The position numbers and the translations under genes were made by a program. DNA of 64,000 bases, from the NCBI GenBank assembly GCA_016784025.1, contig JADHVL010000002.1:52490-116489 (forward strand). The letters are read 5' to 3'. A model generated the notes under the pieces. That model saw only the letters and a list, made by a program, of their open reading frames with translations, ran no database searches and had not been told where the DNA came from. Shown here in pieces: positions 55,829 to 64,000 of this stretch; within the stretch, counting starts at the first letter, position 1, and every line of letters starts with the position of its first letter. Origin of the DNA: Fidelibacterota bacterium (lineage in GTDB: Bacteria; Fidelibacterota; UBA8477; JABMPR01).

Positions 55829-56364
55829 CTTTCCCCACTTTCATCATTTTTTTTCGTATGGACCCAGTCATCCCCATTCAGATTCATCCTGAGAAGTGTC
55901 CATCCCTCATCTTCATGATTTGGGATCGTCTTATATATTTTGAAACCAAACTGCTGGTAACAGTGAATTGCTGATTTATTAAATGCGAATACCCCCAGGT
56001 CTATGTCTTCCAACTCTAAATCTTCGAAGGCGAAATGGAGGGCCAGCCGTATCATCATTTTGCCCCAGCCCTGTCCCCTATATTGTTTTGGACCTATGAG
56101 TACTCTGGCAAGCACGGCACTTTTCTCAACATAATTCACCCCCATGAGTTCGATATGACCGATAGGGGTTCCATCCAGCAGGGCTTTGAACATAAACTGA
56201 GGGGGACGATCCGTTCTAGTCACTTCTAAAGAGGCAATGAGCTGCTTTTCATCCAGGGGGAACATGTATTTTGGGCCTGACCACTGTAATAAAAAGTCTG
56301 CATCTGGCACCCAATCAATCAGTCTCTGGATATCGCTTGCCTCAAATTTTTCCAGAGTGATCAT
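55825..56364 (-). CDS. GNAT N-acetyltransferase
   Basis: YRGQGWGK, LGVFAFNKSAI.CY..FGF. Confidence 0.9.
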   Translation of the reverse strand: MITLEKFEASDIQRLIDWVPDADFLLQWSGPKYMFPLDEKQLIASLEVTRTDRPPQFMFKALLDGTPIGHIELMGVNYVEKSAVLARVLIGPKQYRGQGWGKMMIRLALHFAFEDLELEDIDLGVFAFNKSAIHCYQQFGFKIYKTIPNHEDEGWTLLRMNLNGDDWVHTKKNDESGER

Positions 56365-56522
56365 TTACTATTGCTCCCATCCTTCTATATTTGAATAAAT
56401 CTCAACCCAAACTGTTCCCACGTTAACAACTGACGCTAAAACAATCTTTCAGGTTAAACAATAATATATTTTTTGAATCTTGGTGTCTTGAAGCTTACAG
56501 AAAGCTGGAAGGTGGGGGTTTT

Positions 56523-57692
56523 TTAGAAGCCCATTAAACCGCAACAGCGACTGCATTGAGGTAGTGTGCCACCCTCCTTATTTAGAAGGGTTCTGAATTC
56601 ACGGAAACGGTCATTGTTCCATAATTCAAGTAAGGGGGTTTCCTGAATATTACCCACTTTGACATCGATATAATCACGACAGGTCACAACATCTCCATTG
56701 GGCATGATATCTATCATCATGTAGGGGGCAACACAGGGTCCGAAGCCCAGGAAATCCTCGGGCTGTTCATAGTAGGGTACGATTTTTTCGGTATCCATAA
56801 AGGGTACTGGAAACCAGCCAAAAGGATACTTCTTCTTTGATATCTTTTCAATGGTCTGTTTTACATGCTCAGCCTTGATAGTGGTATTTTGACCGATATA
56901 GGATTTCCAGGTTTCTGCATCTACACCCATTTCTCTCTTTAGGATATCGGCGTGCTGTTCACCAATCTCCTGGGTTGTGAACCAGGATAGATACAGGATA
57001 AGACCATCAGGACCCAGATCGGCAACTGTATCAAACATACTCTCGAGATGATCCTGATTGGTATCCGATACTGTTGCAGAGATCAAGAAATAGGGATCAG
57101 GTTTTTTCCCGCGCTCTTCAAGCAGCAATTTGATGCCTCTGGAAGTCTTTTTGAATGTCCCTGGGACTCCTCTGGCCTGATCATGAATATCCTCAGGACC
57201 ATCCAGAGAACAGGTCAGCATATCCCATTTTTGTTCCACTATTTGCTTGGCATTGCGCTCCAGGGCTGCACCATTTGTGATGACGTACACATAACAACCT
57301 TTTTCTTTGATATAGGCTGTCAGTTTAAACAGATCCTTGTAGAGCAGGGCCTCACCGCCGGTTATATAGAAAATGGGCTTATAGTGAGCAGTCTCGTCGA
57401 CTATTTTTTTATAGTCTTCAAAGGTCAATTCTGAAAGCAGGTGATCACCGGCTCCTTCATTCATATAACCATTGTCACCAAACTGACCACAGATAGCACA
57501 ACGTTGATTACAGCGATTGGTAATTCGTAGACTGATTTGATAAGGAGGACGTCTGGCGACTCCCAGCCCTGCTTTTAGATCACCATTAACATGAAGATGC
57601 TTACGCCAGGCGGCACGGGTGACAACGGGTAAATATTTTAATCTGGGGGCGAGTGCTTTGGCAAACATACCAACAGGGAGACGACTTAACAT
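56523..57692 (-). CDS. Radical SAM protein with SPASM/twitch domain
   Basis: CNQRCAIC, TGGE, TNG and SLDG..HD..RG motifs; C-terminal CVAPY..MPNGDV.TC..GNI...CSRCC. Confidence 0.9.
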   Translation of the reverse strand: MLSRLPVGMFAKALAPRLKYLPVVTRAAWRKHLHVNGDLKAGLGVARRPPYQISLRITNRCNQRCAICGQFGDNGYMNEGAGDHLLSELTFEDYKKIVDETAHYKPIFYITGGEALLYKDLFKLTAYIKEKGCYVYVITNGAALERNAKQIVEQKWDMLTCSLDGPEDIHDQARGVPGTFKKTSRGIKLLLEERGKKPDPYFLISATVSDTNQDHLESMFDTVADLGPDGLILYLSWFTTQEIGEQHADILKREMGVDAETWKSYIGQNTTIKAEHVKQTIEKISKKKYPFGWFPVPFMDTEKIVPYYEQPEDFLGFGPCVAPYMMIDIMPNGDVVTCRDYIDVKVGNIQETPLLELWNNDRFREFRTLLNKEGGTLPQCSRCCGLMGF

Positions 57693-57934
57693 ATAATGAT
57701 TCCTAATCTATGACAATTCCGATTCTCTACAGGAGCCTCCTATATTAGTCTTTATCGCAAATAATCAGATAGTGAGTTTCATCTTTTTTTGATCAAATCA
57801 AATATAGCAATTGGCTGCCATCAATAATTGCCAAGATTTCTTTCTAATTCTCCTTGAATAATACTAGATTACAGACCGGCTCAAAAAAGAAACCGACTAG
57901 AATTGATCATATCTATGTACTTGAGAATAAGACT

Positions 57935-59587
57935 ATGACATATAACTCCTTTTCCCTCTCTGGAAACATTGTTGATGTATTAAATCAACGCATTTTCCCT
58001 GGAACCATTCATGTTGAAAACGGCAGAATCAAGTCTGTCGTTGAAGAATCTGTTTCAGAAACGCACTGCATACTTCCAGGACTCATCGATGCCCATATTC
58101 ACATTGAAAGTTCCATGCTGGTTCCCACAGAATTCGCCCGAGCTGCAGTTAATCACGGGACAGTTGCCACTGTTTCTGATCCTCATGAAATAGCCAATGT
58201 TCTGGGCATGCGCGGCGTAGAATTTATGCTTGAAAATGCAGAGCAAACCCCTTTTAAGTTCCACTTCAGTGCGCCTTCCTGCGTCCCCGCCACACCCTTT
58301 GAAACAGCAGGTGCAGAACTGTCCGCTCCTGAAATAGAATCTCTATTGCAGCGACCAGATATTGTCAGTCTATCAGAAATGATGAATGTTCCAGGTGTTT
58401 TGAATGACGCTGAGGACGTGAACGAAAAATTGAGACTCGCCCGAGTTGCTGGAAAAGTTGTTGATGGTCATGCACCCGGATTACGGGGTGAAGCAGTTAA
58501 GAAGTATGTTGAAGCAGGCATTACCACAGATCATGAATGCTTTAGTCTGGAAGAGGCTCTGGAAAAATTATCTCTAGGTATGCGCGTACAAATCCGCGAA
58601 GGATCTGCCGCTCGCAATCTGAATGATTTGATGTCTCTCCTCAATGAGCATTTTAAAGAATGTATGCTGTGCAGCGATGACAAACATCCCGACGATCTGG
58701 CAGAAGGTCATATCAATCTCATGGTTAAAAGAGCCATCGCGGCAGGAATTGATCCACTCAAGGTTTTATGGAGCGCTTCGGTTACACCAGTAAAAACCTA
58801 TGGACTTAATGTCGGACTGTTACAAACCAATGACCCTGCTGATCTGATGATCGTTGATAATCTGACAGATTTTAATGTTCTGCGAACCTATATAACGGGG
58901 AATCTTGTAGCTGAGCAAGGCACCACAAAGCTTGAATCTCTACCCGTTCTGGCAGTGAATCGCTTTGAAGCGGAACTTCAAAATCCTGATGCTTTTAAAA
59001 TCAAAACAAATCTATCTGAAGTACCGGTGATTGAAGTTATTGATGGACAGCTCGTAACAAAAAAACACCTGTGGCATCCGGACCTGGATTCAGAAGGATT
59101 TATCAAGACGAATACGGATCAGGACATATTGAAAATTGCTGTTTTGAATAGATACTCTCTCTCCAAACCCGCAGTAGCCTTGATTAAAAATTTTGGTCTG
59201 AAAGAAGGAGCTATTGCTTCATCTGTTGCCCACGATTCACACAATATTGTTGCTGTAGGCACCTCGGATGAAAGTCTGGCAAGAGCCATTAACCTCATCA
59301 TTGAGAACAATGGTGGAGTTTTGGCAGTCAACAGTAAAGGTGATCACGTTTTACCACTACCCGTAGCTGGGATTATGAGTGATGATGATGCCTTTAAGGT
59401 TGGCAAAAGATATGGCGAGATGGATGATATAGCTAAAGAGATGGGCTCACAACTCAGTGCACCGTATATGACCCTGTCATTTATGGCACTATTGGTAATT
59501 CCCGATATCAAACTTAGTGATAAGGGACTATTTGATGGTAAAACATTCCAATTCATAGATGCCTTTGAAACTGCTGGGGCATTATAG
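57935..59587 (+). CDS. ade: Adenine deaminase
   Basis: PGLIDAHIHIESSM, DPHEIANV, EMMN, DGHAP, DHE, REGS, SDD and AHDSHN motifs. ATG 57935 preferred over TTG 57854. Confidence 0.95.
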   Translation: MTYNSFSLSGNIVDVLNQRIFPGTIHVENGRIKSVVEESVSETHCILPGLIDAHIHIESSMLVPTEFARAAVNHGTVATVSDPHEIANVLGMRGVEFMLENAEQTPFKFHFSAPSCVPATPFETAGAELSAPEIESLLQRPDIVSLSEMMNVPGVLNDAEDVNEKLRLARVAGKVVDGHAPGLRGEAVKKYVEAGITTDHECFSLEEALEKLSLGMRVQIREGSAARNLNDLMSLLNEHFKECMLCSDDKHPDDLAEGHINLMVKRAIAAGIDPLKVLWSASVTPVKTYGLNVGLLQTNDPADLMIVDNLTDFNVLRTYITGNLVAEQGTTKLESLPVLAVNRFEAELQNPDAFKIKTNLSEVPVIEVIDGQLVTKKHLWHPDLDSEGFIKTNTDQDILKIAVLNRYSLSKPAVALIKNFGLKEGAIASSVAHDSHNIVAVGTSDESLARAINLIIENNGGVLAVNSKGDHVLPLPVAGIMSDDDAFKVGKRYGEMDDIAKEMGSQLSAPYMTLSFMALLVIPDIKLSDKGLFDGKTFQFIDAFETAGAL

Positions 59588-59593
59588 ACTAAG

Positions 59594-61858
59594 ATGCCAC
59601 TATCTACTCAAGTGATTGGTACAAGACTTAAACGGGTTGATGCTCGTGGCAAAACCACGGGTGAAACCAAGTTTCTTACTGATATCAAAGTAGATAATAT
59701 GCTCCATGGAGCTCCGGTATTCTCTCAGGTAGCCTTTGGGAAGCTCCTGGGGATAGATACTCGGGTGGCAGAAAATGACCCCGATTATATCGCATTCTTC
59801 TCAGCCAAGGATATTCCCGGAGAAAATCAAGTCGGTGTCATTCTGGAAGATCAACCACTCATAGCTAGTGATGTGGTTCGCTATGTTGGCGACAGTGTGG
59901 GTATTCTCATTGCTAAAACAGCGGAATCAGCTCAGCGTCTTTCTAGGTTAGTTCTCGTAAATATCGAGCCCTCCCACCCCATCTTCTCCATCAATGATAG
60001 CCGGGATGCTGCGGATAATTTTATCCACGAAACCAATCTTGCTTGTGAGCATCAAGTAAAACGGGGAGACCTTGATAGCGCATTTAAAGAAGCGGATCAC
60101 ATTATCGATGGCCATTTTGAGACCCCCTTCCAGGAACACTATTATCTTGAGCCACAAGCTTGCATTGCTCAAGTGACCCCTGAGGGTGGAATTGAGATTC
60201 TAGGATCCATTCAGTGTCCCTTCTATGTTCAAAAAGCGGTTTCCAAAGCCCTGGCTATTCCCTTTTCCAAGATACGAGTGGAACAAGCAACCACAGGAGG
60301 GGCCTTCGGAGGCAAGGAGGATATTCCCTCAGAAACCTGCACTCGTGCAGCTCTGGCAGCTCTGATTCTCAAACGACCCATTAAAATGGTATACGATCGA
60401 ACTACTGATGTTCAACTCACCAGTAAGCGCCACCCTTTTCAAATGCACTACAAAGTTGGGGTATCTGAGTCAGGAAAACTGCTTGCTGCTGAAATTCTCC
60501 TCGAGGAAAATGCTGGAGCTTATGCCACACTATCATCCGTGGTCTCATATCGTTCAGCCATGCAGGCCATGGGACCGTATGTCATCGATAACATCTCAGT
60601 CGAGTCTAAATCCTATTATACCAATCTACCTCCTACAGGAGCTTTCCGTGGATTCGGATCGCCTCAGGCAGCCTTTGGTCACGAACGGATGATGGATGTC
60701 ATTGCAGCAGAACTGGATATGGATCCAATAGAGTTACGTTTGCAAAATATCTTGAAAGTCGACACTTCAACACTTACAGGTCATCATCTAAAAAGCAGTG
60801 TTGGGGCGGAAGAAACCCTGGTAACAGCGGCCAGTGCCTGTGACTGGAAAAAGCGTGATTCAAACCAAGATGCTCGCTGGAAAACTGGATATGGGATTTC
60901 TCTGATTCACTATGGGAATTGTCTCGGTGCAGCAGGATGGTTCATGGATGGCAGTGGTGTCAGGATCAAGCTCCACCGAGATGGTTCCATTTCAGTCGCC
61001 TTTGGTCTCATCGAGATGGGTCAGGGCGCACTTACCGTCGTCCAGCAAATGACAGCGGAGGCCCTGGGTGTAGAACCTGCAAGAATCACTGTACTGCCCA
61101 CAGATACAGATCAGGTACCTGATAGTGGTCCTTCAGTTGCCAGCCGGAATGTGGTCATGACGGGAAATGCCATTCGAAACGCAGCCAGTAAATTATTACC
61201 TGTGTTAAAGGAAGCCGCCGCCGAACTCATGCAATGTGACCTGAAAGAAATAAATATTGAACGGGGTGAAGTAAGTAATATTCGGAATAGCGAAACACTA
61301 AGTTTTACAGAACTCAGCAATTATCTCTACTTGTCCAACCGACCTATGGATGTGTTGGGCTGGTGGCATGTTCCGGAGCTTGATTATGATGCAGCAAACG
61401 GAGTTGGTGAAGCCTATTTCACCTATTCCTATGCTACTCATATCGCACGAGTCAAAGTAGACACCCTCACAGGTCAAGTGAAGGTGGATAAAATATGGGC
61501 GTCACATGATGTGGGAAGAGCAATTAATCCTGCTGGTTTGGAAGCTCAAATTGAGGGGGGTACTGTCCAGGGGATTGGCTGGGCACTCACAGAGGATTTC
61601 AAATTTGAGGGGGGTAAAGTCTTAACCGACAATCTCACAACCTATCTATTACCAACAGCCCTGGATGTGGGTGAAATCGAATCAATTCTGGTGGAAGATC
61701 CTGAACCTGAGGGTCCCTGGGGTGCTAAAGGTATCGGAGAGCCTGCCATCATTCCAACTGCAGCTGCTATAGCTAATGCAGTGAGTAATGCCCTAGGAAA
61801 ATCAGTTACTCACATTCCAATAAAACCGGATTACATTTTAGAAATGGCAGGTGATTGA
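59594..61858 (+). CDS. Xanthine dehydrogenase family molybdopterin-binding subunit
   Basis: GGAFGGK, KRHP, AFRGFG, EMGQG, SVASR, QIEGG..QG.G.AL and GAKGIGE motifs. Confidence 0.93.
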   Translation: MPLSTQVIGTRLKRVDARGKTTGETKFLTDIKVDNMLHGAPVFSQVAFGKLLGIDTRVAENDPDYIAFFSAKDIPGENQVGVILEDQPLIASDVVRYVGDSVGILIAKTAESAQRLSRLVLVNIEPSHPIFSINDSRDAADNFIHETNLACEHQVKRGDLDSAFKEADHIIDGHFETPFQEHYYLEPQACIAQVTPEGGIEILGSIQCPFYVQKAVSKALAIPFSKIRVEQATTGGAFGGKEDIPSETCTRAALAALILKRPIKMVYDRTTDVQLTSKRHPFQMHYKVGVSESGKLLAAEILLEENAGAYATLSSVVSYRSAMQAMGPYVIDNISVESKSYYTNLPPTGAFRGFGSPQAAFGHERMMDVIAAELDMDPIELRLQNILKVDTSTLTGHHLKSSVGAEETLVTAASACDWKKRDSNQDARWKTGYGISLIHYGNCLGAAGWFMDGSGVRIKLHRDGSISVAFGLIEMGQGALTVVQQMTAEALGVEPARITVLPTDTDQVPDSGPSVASRNVVMTGNAIRNAASKLLPVLKEAAAELMQCDLKEINIERGEVSNIRNSETLSFTELSNYLYLSNRPMDVLGWWHVPELDYDAANGVGEAYFTYSYATHIARVKVDTLTGQVKVDKIWASHDVGRAINPAGLEAQIEGGTVQGIGWALTEDFKFEGGKVLTDNLTTYLLPTALDVGEIESILVEDPEPEGPWGAKGIGEPAIIPTAAAIANAVSNALGKSVTHIPIKPDYILEMAGD

Positions 61859-63170
61859 GATGGGACAACTCTTACTACACAATTTGCGAATAATCGATCC
61901 ATTTGGTGAACGAGAGTTTCTGGAGCATGCATCCATTCTCATTGAAGATGAAGTCATCAAATTTATTGGACGCGGTTTCTCACACGTTGGCTTTGAGGGA
62001 CAAATTTTGGACATGGAGGGCAAAACGGTCCTACCAGGAATTATCAATGCCCACACCCATCTTTATTCAACGCTGGCCATGGGAATGCACCCACCTCAGA
62101 AAACACCAAAAAATTTTGTTGAACATCTCGAAGAGGTCTGGTGGAAATTAGATCGTGGTCTGGATAGGGCGTCTATGCTGGCCTCGTTTGAAGCCGGGCT
62201 TATGGATTGCATTCAGAATGGTACCACAACCATCATTGATCATCACGCAAGTCCAAACCTTGTTGAAGGTTCCTTGGATATTCTGGCAGCGGTAGCGAAA
62301 TCCTTTGGAGTAAACATCAGTCTCTGTTTTGAAAGTTCAGACAGAAATGGTGAGGCGAATTTTAAAGATGAGTTAGCAGAAAATATCCGCGCCATAAAGA
62401 AGTATACCTCCAATCCTCACATCTCACCCCGCCTTGGGCTGCATGCTTCTTTTACACTTTCAGATGAATCATTAGAGAGTGTGAGCAAAGCTCTGAAGGA
62501 CTTCCCTGATTGTGGTATTCATATCCATGTTGCTGAGGACCTTGCTGATGAAAAGGATGCCCAGGCCAGAGGGTATCGTTCAGTGATTCAGCGGTTGGAT
62601 GATTTCAACCTACTCTCCAATCAGTCTCTGATTATTCATGGTATTTTTATGACCCGCGAAGATCGCCATATCCTGCTAAAACATGGTTGCAAACTTGTTC
62701 ACAATCCGACTTCAAATGCCAATAATCAGGTGGGTGTGCTGGAGACCGAAATTATCGAATCCATGGGACCAGGATTAGGGACTGATGGCATGCAGAACAA
62801 CATGCTGAAGGAAGCCAAAGAAGGTACGCTGGTGCGGGGGGCTACTGAAAGTCCACGCGTTGACTATCTGGAGCTCCTGTTTCAGAACAACCCAGATATT
62901 GCCGTAAAAATATTCGGAAAATTAATCGGGCACATTGAGGAAGAAGCCCAGGCTGACCTGGTATTCTATGATTATGAGCCTCGAACAGAGTTGAATGCTG
63001 ACAATTATAGCTCCCATCTGCTCTTTGGACTGGGAAAACCCTCAGATGTCATGACTCGGGGAAGATTTCGTCTACGAAGCAAAAAACTGGTAGGCATGGA
63101 TGAATCCCAAATTCGTGAAAACTCCCGCAAACAAAGCAAGCGTCTCTGGTCAGCCATGAAGGCACTATAA
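61851..63170 (+). CDS. ssnA: SsnA-like amidohydrolase
   Basis: PGIINAHTHLYS, GTTTIIDHHAS, GLHASFTLSD, HIHVAE, HNPTSN.NN.VG and GLGTDG motifs; context with ygeY. Confidence 0.8.
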   Translation: MIEMGQLLLHNLRIIDPFGEREFLEHASILIEDEVIKFIGRGFSHVGFEGQILDMEGKTVLPGIINAHTHLYSTLAMGMHPPQKTPKNFVEHLEEVWWKLDRGLDRASMLASFEAGLMDCIQNGTTTIIDHHASPNLVEGSLDILAAVAKSFGVNISLCFESSDRNGEANFKDELAENIRAIKKYTSNPHISPRLGLHASFTLSDESLESVSKALKDFPDCGIHIHVAEDLADEKDAQARGYRSVIQRLDDFNLLSNQSLIIHGIFMTREDRHILLKHGCKLVHNPTSNANNQVGVLETEIIESMGPGLGTDGMQNNMLKEAKEGTLVRGATESPRVDYLELLFQNNPDIAVKIFGKLIGHIEEEAQADLVFYDYEPRTELNADNYSSHLLFGLGKPSDVMTRGRFRLRSKKLVGMDESQIRENSRKQSKRLWSAMKAL

Positions 63171-63205
63171 GTGCAAAGTGAATGTAATAACAAGAAAGCA
63201 ACCAT

Positions 63206-64000
63206 ATGAACATTGATTTCCAACAGATACTCAACCAGGCCGAAAAATATCGTCCGGAGATTTCCAGGTTTTTGCGAGATATGATTGCCATCCCTAGCGA
63301 AAGTACCCAGGAAGAACTTGCCATCTTGCGTATCAAAGAGGAGATGGAAAAAGTTGGTTTTGATAAGATAGAGATTGATGAGATGGGTAATATTTATGGT
63401 ACCATTGGCCATGGCTCTCATGTCATCGCCATGGATGCTCACATCGATACAGTGGGTGTTGGCAACCTTGAAAACTGGAATGTAGATCCCTACGAGGGCT
63501 TTGAAGATGATGAAATCATCATGGGGCGGGGAGCTTCAGACCAGGAAGGTGGCATGGCCAGCATGGTCTATGCTGGAAAAATTATCAAAGATCTTGGACT
63601 GGAAGCTGACTATACATTAGTGGTTACTGGAACGGTTCAGGAAGAGGATTGTGATGGCCTGTGTTGGCAGTACATCATGGATAATAAGAAGATTCAACCT
63701 GAATTTGTGGTGAGCACTGAGCCCACCTCCTGCAGAATTTATCGAGGTCAACGTGGGCGTATGGAAATCAAGGTTACCACCTCTGGGATCAGCGCCCATG
63801 GGTCAGCACCAGAACGAGGTGACAATGCCATTTACAAGATGGCACCTATTCTCCTGGAACTTCAAGAATTAAATACTCGCCTGGCAGACCATGATTTTCT
63901 AGGCAGGGGTTCCCTCACCGTATCTGAAGTATTCTTCACATCACCTTCACGATGTGCTGTTGCTGATGGTTGCTCAATTTCTGTAGATAGACGTCTCACT
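63206..64000 (+). CDS. ygeY: YgeY-family M20 hydrolase (partial, runs off the window end)
   Basis: Translated by hand: [33 protein letters not shown]...DAHIDTVG...[10 protein letters not shown]...[13 protein letters not shown]...TEPT...RGQRGRMEI...[12 protein letters not shown]. Not in the ORF track because it has no stop codon in the window. Confidence 0.9.
   Translation, partial: MNIDFQQILNQAEKYRPEISRFLRDMIAIPSESTQEELAILRIKEEMEKVGFDKIEIDEMGNIYGTIGHGSHVIAMDAHIDTVGVGNLENWNVDPYEGFEDDEIIMGRGASDQEGGMASMVYAGKIIKDLGLEADYTLVVTGTVQEEDCDGLCWQYIMDNKKIQPEFVVSTEPTSCRIYRGQRGRMEIKVTTSGISAHGSAPERGDNAIYKMAPILLELQELNTRLADHDFLGRGSLTVSEVFFTSPSRCAVADGCSISVDRRLT

Noticed and set aside
57804..57834. Sigma-54 promoter in the radical SAM / ade divergent region
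   Set aside because: GG-to-GC spacing is 9 nt on the minus strand and 15 nt on the plus strand, not the required 10.
56523..57850. RiPP biosynthetic cluster around the SPASM enzyme
   Set aside because: No credible precursor peptide, PqqD/RRE domain, peptidase or exporter nearby.
94..62151. Numerous 60-150 aa ORFs nested in or antisense to confidently assigned genes
   Set aside because: No recognisable motifs or translation signals; expected shadow ORFs.
63005..63799. Minus-strand ORFs 63005-63442, 63049-63336 and 63617-63799
   Set aside because: They are antisense shadows of ssnA and the partial ygeY gene on the plus strand.
46281..64000. Selenocysteine (UGA) readthrough in Msr, redoxin or purine-cluster genes
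   Set aside because: The catalytic positions are ordinary Cys codons and the ORFs are full length without in-frame TGA.

Overview
Bacterial chromosomal window, gene-dense, with no rRNA, tRNA, IS element or CRISPR array recognised. Gene content and a T9SS-like C-terminal domain protein suggest an FCB-superphylum organism, possibly Marinimicrobia-like (inference only). 1-8.9 kb is a surface-glycan locus: a CDP-ribitol module (IspD/TarI-SDR fusion, TagF-like phosphotransferase, tandem LicD protein), a GT29 sialyltransferase with animal-type sialylmotifs, and a tight neuA - NANS-like neuB - KDN-9-P-type phosphatase - waaA operon. This operon is the most striking candidate system: a GT30 'Kdo' transferase coupled to a nine-carbon (KDN/Neu5Ac) pathway. 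9-23.6 kb is a minus-strand run of housekeeping and stress genes (tpx, two DEAD-box helicases, ppc, ltrA, MFS, VOC, 4Fe-4S protein). It is followed by pyrG, radC and a tandem RadC paralogue that has lost its JAB metal ligands, gained a lipoprotein signal and lies upstream of a dihaem cytochrome c. Further on are glmM, pntAA-pntAB-pntB, a 4x lamin-tail-domain secreted protein, a LytS/LytTR pair with phased direct repeats, a 53-bp palindromic tandem repeat, msrBA, a Tat sulfatase, pirin, a Rieske-glutamate synthase fusion, a radical SAM/SPASM protein, and the start of a purine-catabolism cluster (ade, xdh Mo subunit, ssnA, ygeY). All family assignments come from motif recognition by eye; no database searches were run.
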